Assembly (NCBI GenBank): GCA_963843145.1
Contig: CAWJJC010000017.1
Location: forward strand, 1 to 64,000
Direction of reading: 5' to 3'
DNA length: 64,000 nucleotides
Source: an uncultured delta proteobacterium
Lineage (GTDB): Bacteria; Desulfobacterota; RBG-13-43-22
Positions 31,747 through 41,335 of the stretch are shown here, piece by piece; the first letter of the stretch is position 1; every line of letters begins with the position of its first letter. A program made the position numbers and the translations under genes. The notes beneath the pieces were generated by a model, which ran no database searches, was not told the DNA's origin, and worked only from the letters and a program-made list of their open reading frames with translations.

Positions 31747-32625
31747 TCAAGTAATTATCCTGTTTTCATTTAGAAACCGAATGATGGCCGTCGTCGTTTC
31801 TTCCGGTCGTTCCATGGGTACGAAGTGGCTGGTATGTTCCATCCCGACCAATTCGGCCGAAGCCAGTTTTCTTTTAAAACGCTCGGCAGCCGGCTTCAGG
31901 AAGGTGTCCGATTCCCGTCCATAAAGCACCAGAGTCGGGCAACGGACTCGCGGAACGAATTGCCAGACGTCATGGGGACAGACGGCGAAACAGCGGGCCT
32001 CCCAGGCGGGATCACAACGCCAGGCAATCCGGCCGTCAGCCGTTTCGGCCGTCCCTTCTTCTACATAAGCCCTCAAGAAAGCTTCGTCCCAGCGGCTCAT
32101 GGATGGTTTGCGCCGATAGGATTGAAAAATCGTCTCCCGGTCCGGCCAGACCCGCCGTCTTCCGGCCGCGCGGTAGGCGATCGGGACAAAACGAGCCGCG
32201 CCCGTTTTTTTGGCCAGGTACCACCACCACATCCAAGAGAAGGGCAGTATGGTGGGATCGATCAATATGAGCGCGCGCACCAATTCCGGGTATTGCACCG
32301 CCAGCATCAGGCTGACCGTCCCGCCCCGGGAGTGGCCCAGGGCCACCAGCGGACTCCCCTGCCTTCGAATGAAGGCCGCCAGATCCTCCGTGAATATCTT
32401 CCAATTCTTTAATTTCCGAGGATCGGCCGGGACCGAGGTTTTCCCGTGGCCGCGGTCATCCAACCCCAACACCCTCAATTTGGCAGTCAACCTTTCGGCC
32501 AGCGGAGTATAGACCCCGGCGCAGTAGCCGGTGGCGTGGGCCAGATGCAGCAGCGGCCCTTCACCCCCCCAGTCCAAGTAATGGAAGTCCCCGTCCACTC
32601 CGGAAAAAAAATAATCGGTCGGCAA
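31747..32625 (-). CDS. Alpha/beta-fold hydrolase
   Basis: HATG, DDRGHG, GHSRGG nucleophile elbow, SHFVPME. Confidence 0.9.
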   Translation of the reverse strand: MPTDYFFSGVDGDFHYLDWGGEGPLLHLAHATGYCAGVYTPLAERLTAKLRVLGLDDRGHGKTSVPADPRKLKNWKIFTEDLAAFIRRQGSPLVALGHSRGGTVSLMLAVQYPELVRALILIDPTILPFSWMWWWYLAKKTGAARFVPIAYRAAGRRRVWPDRETIFQSYRRKPSMSRWDEAFLRAYVEEGTAETADGRIAWRCDPAWEARCFAVCPHDVWQFVPRVRCPTLVLYGRESDTFLKPAAERFKRKLASAELVGMEHTSHFVPMERPEETTTAIIRFLNENRIIT

Positions 32626-32766
32626 GAATCTGCCTCCTTGGTAAGAATATTCGGCCTGAGAAGGCCGTGGCTATCTTTCTGTAGCCCACAGGCAGCTTAT
32701 GCCCTCGTACTTTATTCCATAACGCCTCATTTTTTTGAAAAGGTCAAGGCTGGATTTAAACCGGAG

Positions 32767-32795
32767 TTGACAACAAGAGTGGTCCATAATACATT
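32767..32795 (+). promoter_or_regulatory. Sigma70-like promoter
   Basis: TTGACA-17-TACATT. Confidence 0.5.
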
Positions 32796-32857
32796 ACCAT
32801 CCACAGCAATCGATATCAAAAGAAAGCGCCAAAACTATAAAAGTCCAGGGACCAAGG

Positions 32858-34204
32858 ATGCCGGACCGATCCACCAATAAAAAGGTTAAGGAACTCATCA
32901 ACCTGCTGAAGGAAATCCGAAACTTAAAGGAACCTTCCCTTGACCTGCTCAAAAGATTTCAAGACCAATACGTCGTGGTGAACCGGGATGATCGGGGCTC
33001 CTTCTTTGAAACGCTGGTTTTGACTTTTCAAATCTCCAAAGATCAGATTGCCCCGAATCTGGAGTCCCTGCTGACCGAACCGGATGACCGATCCGACAAC
33101 TGGCAGCGGCAGATGGTCGAACTGCGCCGGAAAATCGACCCCCCTTATCGGCAGCTCTTTGCGCCCTTCCTGAATCTTCCTGGAGGCCTGAAATTTCTAT
33201 TGGACTTTCGGGTAGACCTGTTGGCCGCCCAGCGGCAAACTACCCTGAATCTGGAATACCTGGACGAAGACATCATCACCCTCTTTAACCTGCTGTTTCA
33301 ACAGGGTCTACTGGTCCTTCAGGAAATCACCCAGGATTCTCCTTTCCGTCAGATCCGGTTTTTAAAAGACCGCGACCTGGTCCATCCCATGGCCGATCTG
33401 GAAGAAATGGGCCGGCGTCTGGGAACCGACCGCCGCTGCTTTGCCCTTTATCATCGGGCGCTACCTCAGGAACCGGTGGTGTTTATCGAAGTGGCGCTGA
33501 CCCGGGGGTTGGCCCGGTCCATTGACGAAATCCTCGGCGAGGCGGCGGCCCTGGGCCGGCGCGTCAAGGCCCCTGACTCCGCGATCTTCTATTCCATCAA
33601 CAATACCCAGAATGGTCTAGCCGGACTGGGACTGGGGAAGGTCCTTATTTTCCAGGTCGTGGAGGCCTTGAAAAGAGACAACCCCGATATAAAAACGTAT
33701 GCCACCCTGAGTCCTGTCCCGGGTTTCTGGGAACGGTATTTAAAACCTTCCCTCCAAGGAGAACCGGTTCATTTTGCCCTTACCCCGGAACGTTTGATAA
33801 ACTTTTTCCCGGAAAAGCTTCGTCCTCAGATCTTGGACCAAGGTCGCCGGATTACCGGTCAGGAAACAGGCGATCTGCTGGAGGCACTCTATCAGGTGTT
33901 ACGCCGTACGGACTGGATTGAACAACAAGAATTTTCCAACCTAATCCGGAAACCCTTGAACGAGCTCGTCTACTTCTACCTGACCCAGGAAAAAAACAAA
34001 CGCGGACGCCCTTTGAATCCGGTAGCCAATTTTCATCTTGGCAACGGCGCCACGGTGAGCCCCAACCATATCAACTTCGGGGCCAACCGCTCCGCGAAAG
34101 GCCTGGCCGAATCCTGCGGTCTGATGGTGAATTACATCTACTCTCAATCCTGGCTGCAACAGATCGGCAGGACCATGAAGGCCCTGCTGCCCTGGAAGAT
34201 TTAG
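32858..34204 (+). CDS. Malonyl-CoA decarboxylase family protein
   Basis: DRRCFA, FIEVALT, AIFYSINNTQ.GL.G, TLSPVPGF, NPVANFHLGNGA, GLMVNY. Confidence 0.9.
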   Translation: MPDRSTNKKVKELINLLKEIRNLKEPSLDLLKRFQDQYVVVNRDDRGSFFETLVLTFQISKDQIAPNLESLLTEPDDRSDNWQRQMVELRRKIDPPYRQLFAPFLNLPGGLKFLLDFRVDLLAAQRQTTLNLEYLDEDIITLFNLLFQQGLLVLQEITQDSPFRQIRFLKDRDLVHPMADLEEMGRRLGTDRRCFALYHRALPQEPVVFIEVALTRGLARSIDEILGEAAALGRRVKAPDSAIFYSINNTQNGLAGLGLGKVLIFQVVEALKRDNPDIKTYATLSPVPGFWERYLKPSLQGEPVHFALTPERLINFFPEKLRPQILDQGRRITGQETGDLLEALYQVLRRTDWIEQQEFSNLIRKPLNELVYFYLTQEKNKRGRPLNPVANFHLGNGATVSPNHINFGANRSAKGLAESCGLMVNYIYSQSWLQQIGRTMKALLPWKI

Positions 34205-34251
34205 TTGCTTCCATCATATAGTCTGAGAATTTATCCTAACAATTAAACAAG

Positions 34252-34397
34252 AAAATCTCTAAATCCGAAATTCGAAGCACGAAATCCAAAACAAGCACGA
34301 AAGTTCAAAATCCAAATGGCCGAAACAAAAACGTTTTTAATTTTGAAATTTGATCATTTGAATTTGTTTCGGATTTCGAAATTCGGGTTTCGGGTTT
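34252..34397. repeat. Inverted pair of 7-bp-period (CGAAAT-like) arrays
   Basis: AAATCCGAAATTCGAAGCACGAAATCC...GGATTTCGAAATTCGGGTTTCGGGTTT. Confidence 0.7.
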
Positions 34398-34423
34398 GAA
34401 CAAAAAAAATGCAGGAGGCCTCA

Positions 34424-35224
34424 ATGACCATGTCAATCCCCACCTTGGAAACACTTGCTTTTAGGGAAATCGAACCGCAGATCGGGCTGGTGACCTTGAA
34501 TCGTCCGGACCGGCTGAACGCCATCAACGACCGCATGCTTGATGACTTCGATGAGCTGCTGCGACATCTCGACCGGGAGGATGCCATCCGCGTGCTTCTG
34601 ATCAGCGGTGCCGGACGCGGATTTTGCGCCGGAGCCGACCTGAAAGAAGTCGCCACCCGGGCGCAAACCGAGTCCTTTGCCGATCCCGAGTCCTTTCTGA
34701 GACTGGTGCAGGAAAAATATTCGGGATTGGTGTCGAAATTGCGGGGCCTCCGACAGCCGGTGATCGCCGCGGTAAACGGGGCCGCGGCCGGCGGCGGGAT
34801 GGCCATCGCCCTGGCCGCCGACATCCGGATCTGCGCCCCCGAAGCCTATTTCGTGGCTTCCTTTATCAACATTGGGTTGTCGGGCGGGGAGATGGGCAGC
34901 TCCTTCCTGCTGCCTCGGATGGTCGGAATTTCCAGAGCGGCGGACATCCTGCTCACCGGTCGGAAGGTTTTCGGCGAGGAGGCCGAAAGGATCGGGCTGG
35001 TCAGTCAGGTGGCCCCCGCCGAGAAACTGCTGGAGTCCGCCCTGTCCTATGCCCGAATGATGACCGCCAAGACCGTGGGCGGCCTCAAGTTAACCAAACG
35101 GGCTCTCGAACAAAACCTAACGGCGGCCTCCCTGGATTCCGCCCTGAACCTCGAAAACCGCAACCAGGCCATCATGGTTTTTTCGGGGGAGTTTCGGAGG
35201 ATGATCGGAGCATTTGTCGGATAA
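34424..35224 (+). CDS. Enoyl-CoA hydratase/isomerase
   Basis: LNRPDRLNA, GFCAGADL, QPVIAAVNGAAAGGG. Confidence 0.92.
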   Translation: MTMSIPTLETLAFREIEPQIGLVTLNRPDRLNAINDRMLDDFDELLRHLDREDAIRVLLISGAGRGFCAGADLKEVATRAQTESFADPESFLRLVQEKYSGLVSKLRGLRQPVIAAVNGAAAGGGMAIALAADIRICAPEAYFVASFINIGLSGGEMGSSFLLPRMVGISRAADILLTGRKVFGEEAERIGLVSQVAPAEKLLESALSYARMMTAKTVGGLKLTKRALEQNLTAASLDSALNLENRNQAIMVFSGEFRRMIGAFVG

Positions 35225-35295
35225 AAGGCGTACCTCGAGCATCCTCCTTATTTTGCGGCCGCTGGCGAAGCAGGCTTGCTCAACCCCTGAAAGCC

Positions 35296-35325
35296 TTGAC
35301 ACTTTTCGGTCTATTCAGCTAGACT
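35296..35325 (+). promoter_or_regulatory. Sigma70-like promoter of ndk-thiL
   Basis: TTGACA-18-TAGACT. Confidence 0.5.
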
Positions 35326-35363
35326 CATCTCAAAGAAGGTAAACCTCAGTAAAGGAGATCCAC

Positions 35364-35780
35364 ATGGAACGAACCTTATCCATCATCAAGCCGGACGGCG
35401 TGGCCAAAGGGCTCATCGGGGAAGTGCTTAAACGGTTTGAAGCAAACGGCCTGAAGATCGTGGCCCTGAAAATGATCCAAATGTCCAAAACCCAGGCCCA
35501 AGGTTTTTACGCGGTCCATCGGGAACGTCCTTTTTTTGAGAGTCTGACCGACTTCATGTCTTCCGGACCCTGTGTAGTGCTAATCCTGGAGGGCGAAGGG
35601 GCCATCGAGAAAAACCGCCGCTTAATGGGCGCTACGGACTTTAAAAAAGCCGACCCCGGGACCATCCGGGCCGATTTTGCCGGCAGTATCGAGCAAAATA
35701 TCGTCCACGGCTCCGACGCTCCGGAGACGGCCCAATATGAAATGGGCTATTTTTTCAACGCCCTGGAGATGGTAGGCTAA
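35364..35780 (+). CDS. ndk: Nucleoside-diphosphate kinase
   Basis: [22 protein letters not shown]. Confidence 0.98.
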   Translation: MERTLSIIKPDGVAKGLIGEVLKRFEANGLKIVALKMIQMSKTQAQGFYAVHRERPFFESLTDFMSSGPCVVLILEGEGAIEKNRRLMGATDFKKADPGTIRADFAGSIEQNIVHGSDAPETAQYEMGYFFNALEMVG

Positions 35781-36782
35781 TTGAACGAATCAGCAATTAT
35801 CAACCTTTTCCGAAAGGCTTTTGGTCACCCCTTCCCTGGAATGATCCAGGGCATCGGTGATGACTGCGCAGTCCTCCGGACCGCAGGCCCACCCTGGCTG
35901 GTCACCACCGATGCCCTGGTGGAAGGGGTCCACTTTCGTCTGGAAACCAACCCGCCCTTCCGTCTAGGGAAAAAGTGTCTGGCCGTTAACCTGAGTGACA
36001 TCGCCGCCATGGGGGGGATTCCCCGCTTTGCCTTTTTAAATCTGGGGTTGCCCAGGCCGGTTCCCCGGGGTTTTCTCACTCCCTTTGTCAAAGGACTTAA
36101 GGAAAAGGCGGAAAAATTCTCCGTGGCCCTGGCCGGGGGAGACACCCACCAGTCAACGTCGGGAATCTCCATTGGCCTGACCGTCATCGGAGAAGCTGAC
36201 GGCGCTATTGCCTACCGTTCCGGGGCCCAAGTAGGCGACCGCCTTTACGTCAGCGACACCTTGGGTCAATCCGCGGCGGGATTCAAGCTGCTGACGAAAT
36301 TCCAAAAGAAACCGGCGCCATTAAGACCAAGGGACTGGCGCGAACTTCTTCAAGCCCATCAGGACCCGGAGCCCCAAATCGCCTTAGGCCATTTTTTAGT
36401 CCGCCAAAGATTGGTGAGCGCCATGATTGATCTCTCCGATGGGCTGGCTTCCGACCTCCGGCATATGTGCCGGGCCAGCGGGGTAGGCGCCATACTGGAC
36501 GCGGACCAAATACCCCTCTCCCCGGCCCTCAGGGCCGCCGCCGACCTGCTAAAAACCTCTCCGCTTCAGTTGGCCTTGACGGGCGGCGAGGATTATCAGT
36601 TGCTCTTTTCCGTCCCGAAGGACCGGGTGGAAAAGATGGAAACCCGGGTATTAAAACAATTTAGGCGCCCGGCATACCCGATCGGGGAAATCATTTCCGG
36701 CCAAAAAATATTTATCAAATTTTCCAAAAGAGTCCGAATTCTGAAAGAAACCGGGTTCGACCACTTCAACCCGTTCGCTTGA
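35781..36782 (+). CDS. thiL: Thiamine-phosphate kinase
   Basis: GIGDDCA, NLSDIAAMG, DLSDGL, GGEDYQLLF. Confidence 0.95.
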   Translation: MNESAIINLFRKAFGHPFPGMIQGIGDDCAVLRTAGPPWLVTTDALVEGVHFRLETNPPFRLGKKCLAVNLSDIAAMGGIPRFAFLNLGLPRPVPRGFLTPFVKGLKEKAEKFSVALAGGDTHQSTSGISIGLTVIGEADGAIAYRSGAQVGDRLYVSDTLGQSAAGFKLLTKFQKKPAPLRPRDWRELLQAHQDPEPQIALGHFLVRQRLVSAMIDLSDGLASDLRHMCRASGVGAILDADQIPLSPALRAAADLLKTSPLQLALTGGEDYQLLFSVPKDRVEKMETRVLKQFRRPAYPIGEIISGQKIFIKFSKRVRILKETGFDHFNPFA

Positions 36783-36843
36783 TTAGAGGCTTATTTCGTT
36801 CTGAAAATTTATCTCTAACCTCTTCTTTCGAGTTTGAACTAAA

Positions 36844-37827
36844 ATGAAGGTATCACGAATGCACCTACCCAAAAACGGGCTTTTTTTCTGGCCCTTGATT
36901 TGCGTAACAGCCCTGCTTTTTCCGCTTTCCCTGGAGGCCCAGCAGCCTTACTACAGCTTTCCGACCAACCTGACCCTGTGCGGGGAACCGGTACCGCTGC
37001 AGGACCGCAAAATCTGGGAAATGATGGACCGGGAATTTACTATGGCCGTTTATGACCGGGCGCAGGTTTTCCTTTGGCTCAAACGCAGCAGCCGTTTTTT
37101 TCCTTTTATCGAAAACCAATTGAAGGCCAAAGGGATGCCGGACGACCTGAAATACCTCCTGGTTGCCGAAAGCGCCATGCGCCCCGTGGTCTTTTCCAAC
37201 AAGGGAGCGGCCGGTCACTGGCAATTTATGGAGAAAACCGGCAAACGTTTTAATCTGCGTAAGAATCCCCAAATTGACGAACGATTGGACCTGGCCAAAT
37301 CCACCGAAGCGGCCCTGTCTTATCTGAAATCGCTCTATAATCTCTTCGGCAAATGGAATCTGGCCATGGCGGCCTACAATTGCGGAGAAGAACGGGTCAA
37401 GGAAGAAATCAGCCAGCAGGGAGAAACCGATTATTACCGTCTGGATTTGCCCCAGGAAACCGAACGCTATATTTTCCGCATTCTAACGGCCAAAGTCCTT
37501 TTAAGCGACCCGGCGAGTTATGGCTACCAACTGCCGGATGGGTCTGGCTATCCCCCTGAAGCCTTTGATCTGGTCACCTTTCAATTGCCCTACCCGGTTC
37601 ACCTCCGAGATTTAGCCCGCGGTTGCGGATCGTTTTATAAGGAACTCAAGGAATTGAATGTGGAACTGAGGGGCTATACCCTGTCGGCCGGAATCCATCA
37701 ATTAAAAATTCCACCAGGGAAATCAGTAAATTGTGAAAGAAACCTCAAGGACTGGATAAAAAGTCCAAGAGGCCTCCCCCCTCTTCCCGCTGAAGGTTTG
37801 ACCCCGGTTGATCCTCCCAGTCAATAA
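36844..37827 (+). CDS. Lytic transglycosylase (SLT/MltD-like)
   Basis: LVAES, GAAGHWQFM, AAYNCGE, ETERY. Confidence 0.9.
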   Translation: MKVSRMHLPKNGLFFWPLICVTALLFPLSLEAQQPYYSFPTNLTLCGEPVPLQDRKIWEMMDREFTMAVYDRAQVFLWLKRSSRFFPFIENQLKAKGMPDDLKYLLVAESAMRPVVFSNKGAAGHWQFMEKTGKRFNLRKNPQIDERLDLAKSTEAALSYLKSLYNLFGKWNLAMAAYNCGEERVKEEISQQGETDYYRLDLPQETERYIFRILTAKVLLSDPASYGYQLPDGSGYPPEAFDLVTFQLPYPVHLRDLARGCGSFYKELKELNVELRGYTLSAGIHQLKIPPGKSVNCERNLKDWIKSPRGLPPLPAEGLTPVDPPSQ

Positions 37828-37933
37828 ACCCCCCAAAAATATTTAGATATTAAGGAAGTATAATTTATTTGACACCCCACATCTTGTATAGTAAAGAGAT
37901 ATCAGGTACAAGATAAAGGAAGGGGAACCCGTT

Positions 37934-38119
37934 ATGGAGGAAAAAGCTCGGGAGTGGATGCCTTGCCTGAACCTGAAAATGCCTGACCCCCAATGCCAGC
38001 ATTGTCTTTGGCTGGAATTGAGCCCTAAGACCTTACACTGCAACAATCGGCACAAGGTAATCTGTACCCTTTATGTGGATGAAGTTTTTGGCGCCCTAAG
38101 TACCAAGTCCGTCAATTGA
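37934..38119 (+). CDS. Small Cys-rich hypothetical protein
   Basis: RBS-like GGAAGGGG before the ATG; 5 Cys including CQHC; followed by a hairpin. Confidence 0.5.
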   Translation: MEEKAREWMPCLNLKMPDPQCQHCLWLELSPKTLHCNNRHKVICTLYVDEVFGALSTKSVN

Positions 38120-38126
38120 TTCAGTA

Positions 38127-38173
38127 AGGGGGAGAAATGGCCCCTTGAAGGTCCCCGGGCCATTGTTCTCCCC
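38127..38173 (+). terminator. Hairpin after the small Cys-rich ORF
   Basis: GGGGAGAA-ATGGCCC...GGGCCAT-TGTTCTCCCC. Confidence 0.45.
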
Positions 38174-38215
38174 TCCTATGGCTTTTCAATGGCTTTTCCC
38201 TTCCGGATAATATAA

Positions 38216-38362
38216 TTTATTGAATATTTCCATTTTTATATGGCCATCGTCCCCCGACTGACCAAAGCCGCGGGTTTTGAACTGGGCTCCGGGATGTATA
38301 TCAATACCCAGTTGCCGGAAAAGGACGCCGAATTTTTGAGGGGGGTGCGGATACCCGCTTAA
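38216..38362 (+). pseudogene. galT: C-terminal remnant of a galactose-1-phosphate uridylyltransferase-like (GalT/HIT) gene
   Basis: EYFHFYMAIVPRLTKAAGFELGSGMYINTQLPEKDAEFLR; no upstream portion present. Confidence 0.7.
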
Positions 38363-38566
38363 GCAGAGCACAATCTAAAACAACCCGTCTTCCAGTTTTG
38401 TTGACCGAGGCCGCTGAGGAGGCAGGAGATTTAAATCAATGGCTGACAAACCAGAGGCTTCAGTCCAAACCCAAAGCCCTCGTTCTGGCCGAGGACCTTA
38501 AGCGTGTTAGTTTCGGCCTGTAAGGAAATCCTTCATTAGCTTCTTGTTTTTTCTTACTTTTTCTCC

Positions 38567-38595
38567 TTGACTCCGCACTTCGCTGATTTTATATT
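38567..38595 (+). promoter_or_regulatory. Sigma70-like promoter of glgP
   Basis: TTGACT-17-TATATT. Confidence 0.55.
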
Positions 38596-38626
38596 CATTT
38601 CAATTTAAGGAAGTTCCCAAGCAAGC

Positions 38627-41140
38627 ATGAAACAAAAAACTGATAACCCCGTTTCCTTTAATCCGTCTGAACCCGAGGATATCCGTTCCGGACTGAGCCC
38701 TTCCACGATCGCCCAGGCTTTTTCCGACAATCTGGCCTATCTCTGCGCTCGATTTCCTGAGGTTGCCACCCTCAACGACAGATATGTGGCCTTGGCCTAC
38801 TCAGTCCGCGACCGTCTTCTGCATCGCTGGATCAATACCGCCCGTACTTATTATCAACTGCGCAGCCGATCGGTGTGTTACCTCTCCGCTGAGTTTTTAA
38901 TGGGGCCGCAATTGGGCAACAACCTGGTGAACTTGGGTATCTATGATCAAGTAAGGGAAGCCATGGAGCAATTGGGTCTGGATTTGGACGAATTGCTGGA
39001 ACAGGAGGGGGAACCTGGGTTGGGCAACGGCGGCCTCGGACGCCTGGCTGCCTGCTTTTTGGACTCCCTGGCCACCTTGCAGATCCCATCCATCGGGTAC
39101 GGCATCCGCTATGAGTTTGGAATCTTCGACCAGGCTCTCCGGGACGGCTGGCAGGTCGAGGTCACGGATAAATGGCTGCGGCTGGGCAACCCTTGGGAAA
39201 TCGCCCGACCGGAAATAATCTTTGACATCAAACTGGGCGGACGCACCGAGACCTACAACGAAGGCGGCAGAAACCGCGTTCGCTGGATTCCCGATCGCGT
39301 GGTCAAAGGGATGGCCTACGACACGCCTGTCCTCGGGTATGGCGGGAACACCGTGAACCTACTGCGCTTGTGGAAAGCCGAAGCGGCTGAGTCCTTCGAT
39401 TTCCAGGCCTTCAATACCGGGGATTACTTCAGGGCCGTCATGGAAAAGGTGGTCTCCGAGAACATCACCAAGGTGTTATATCCGAACGACGAATCCCTTC
39501 AAGGCAAGGAACTCCGCCTTCAGCAACAGTACTTTTTCGCCTCCTGCGCCCTACAAGATATGATCCGTATGTATCTGCAACGGACCAGTTCCCTGGACCA
39601 ACTGCCCGAGCGGTGGGTCGTGCAACTTAACGACACGCATCCGTCCATCGCCGTGGCCGAACTCATGCGCCTGCTGATTGACGAGCACGCCCTGCCCTGG
39701 GAACAGGCCTGGCAGATTACTCAGCAAACGATGGGTTACACCAATCACACCTTATTGCCTGAGGCGCTGGAGCGTTGGCCCCTCCCGCTCTTCGGCAGCC
39801 TGCTGCCCCGTCACCTTGAGATTATCTATGAAATCAACCAAAGGTTTTTAGACCAGGTCCGGCTTCGCTTTCCCGGAGATGAGGCCCGGGTAGCCCGCAT
39901 GTCGCTGATCGACGAGCAGGGTCCCCGTTTTGTGCGTATGGCTAATCTGGCGGTCGTTGGCAGTCATTCCGTCAACGGTGTGGCCAAACTGCATACGGAT
40001 CTGCTCAAATCCGGTGTCCTGCGCGACTTCGTGGAGTTTTCACCGGAGAAGTTCACCAATGTGACCAACGGTGTGACTCCGCGACGTTTTCTACTGCTCA
40101 GCAACCCCGGTCTGGCCAAGCTGATCACCCGCCGAATCGGAAACCAGTGGGTCAAACATCTTGAGGAACTCCGGCAACTTGAGGGGGCCGCTGAGGATCC
40201 TTCCTTCCGCCGGGAATGGAGGGAGATCAAACTCCAAAACAAACAAGGCCTGGCCGCCTTGATACTGCGCCTCACAGGGCTGGTCATCAATCCTGACACC
40301 CTTTTCGATATCCAGGCCAAGCGGATCCACGAATACAAGCGGCAACACCTGAACCTCCTTCACATTCTCACCCTCTATAACCGGTTGAGGCAAGCACCGG
40401 ATATTGACCTGTCGCCGCGTACCTTTATTTTCGGTGGCAAGGCCGCGCCCGGCTACGCCATGGCCAAACTGATGATCAAATTGATCACCTCCGTAGCTGA
40501 AACGGTAAATCAAGATCCGCTGATCAAGGGTCGATTAAAGGTGATCTTCCTGCCCAACTTCAATGTTAAAAACGCCCAGAGGATCTATCCGGCGGCCGAC
40601 CTTTCGGAGCAGATTTCCACCGCCGGGATGGAGGCCTCCGGTACCGGTAACATGAAATTCGCGATGAATGGGGCCCTGACTATTGGCACACTGGACGGGG
40701 CGAACATCGAAATCCGCAACGAGGTGGGTCATGAAAATTTCTTTCTCTTTGGTTTGACCGCCGCCGAGGTGGACCAGGTAAAATCCCATGGTTATCGAGC
40801 GCGCGACTATTATGAGGCGGACCATCAACTCCAAGAGGTCCTTGATCTGATCAACTCCGGTTATTTCTCCCCTCAGAATCCCGGGTTGTTCCATCCGCTG
40901 GTGAACGCGCTCTTGGACCACGACGAATTCCTGCTCCTGGCCGATTACCGCTCGTACATCGACTGTCAGGAGAGGGTTAGCCTGGCCTATAAAAACAGGG
41001 AGGACTGGACACGCAGGTCCATCCTCAATGTCGCTCGTATCGGCTATTTTTCCTCCGACCGATCCATCCGGGAATACTGCGAGCGCATTTGGAAGACTTC
41101 CCCGGTTTCCAGCAAACTCGGTGACTCGCAGGCCGGTTAA
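38627..41140 (+). CDS. glgP: Glycogen/alpha-glucan phosphorylase
   Basis: GLGNGGLGRL, QLNDTHP, KRIHEYKRQ, EASGTGNMK. Confidence 0.98.
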   Translation: MKQKTDNPVSFNPSEPEDIRSGLSPSTIAQAFSDNLAYLCARFPEVATLNDRYVALAYSVRDRLLHRWINTARTYYQLRSRSVCYLSAEFLMGPQLGNNLVNLGIYDQVREAMEQLGLDLDELLEQEGEPGLGNGGLGRLAACFLDSLATLQIPSIGYGIRYEFGIFDQALRDGWQVEVTDKWLRLGNPWEIARPEIIFDIKLGGRTETYNEGGRNRVRWIPDRVVKGMAYDTPVLGYGGNTVNLLRLWKAEAAESFDFQAFNTGDYFRAVMEKVVSENITKVLYPNDESLQGKELRLQQQYFFASCALQDMIRMYLQRTSSLDQLPERWVVQLNDTHPSIAVAELMRLLIDEHALPWEQAWQITQQTMGYTNHTLLPEALERWPLPLFGSLLPRHLEIIYEINQRFLDQVRLRFPGDEARVARMSLIDEQGPRFVRMANLAVVGSHSVNGVAKLHTDLLKSGVLRDFVEFSPEKFTNVTNGVTPRRFLLLSNPGLAKLITRRIGNQWVKHLEELRQLEGAAEDPSFRREWREIKLQNKQGLAALILRLTGLVINPDTLFDIQAKRIHEYKRQHLNLLHILTLYNRLRQAPDIDLSPRTFIFGGKAAPGYAMAKLMIKLITSVAETVNQDPLIKGRLKVIFLPNFNVKNAQRIYPAADLSEQISTAGMEASGTGNMKFAMNGALTIGTLDGANIEIRNEVGHENFFLFGLTAAEVDQVKSHGYRARDYYEADHQLQEVLDLINSGYFSPQNPGLFHPLVNALLDHDEFLLLADYRSYIDCQERVSLAYKNREDWTRRSILNVARIGYFSSDRSIREYCERIWKTSPVSSKLGDSQAG

Positions 41141-41335
41141 AAAATCTAGCGAAATTTTTAAGTTTTGGAGGTCCAAGAAACTGGGGACACCCTATACAGC
41201 AAATGAAGCTCCGGCTACCTGCCGCAGCGAAATTTGGCCGACCAATCCCGGAGCCGAAGGACCAACGTCTCCAGTATACTTAAGCTTAGGTCATCTTTAG
41301 CCTGTAGTGCGACCCATCATAAATCGAGTCCCCAG

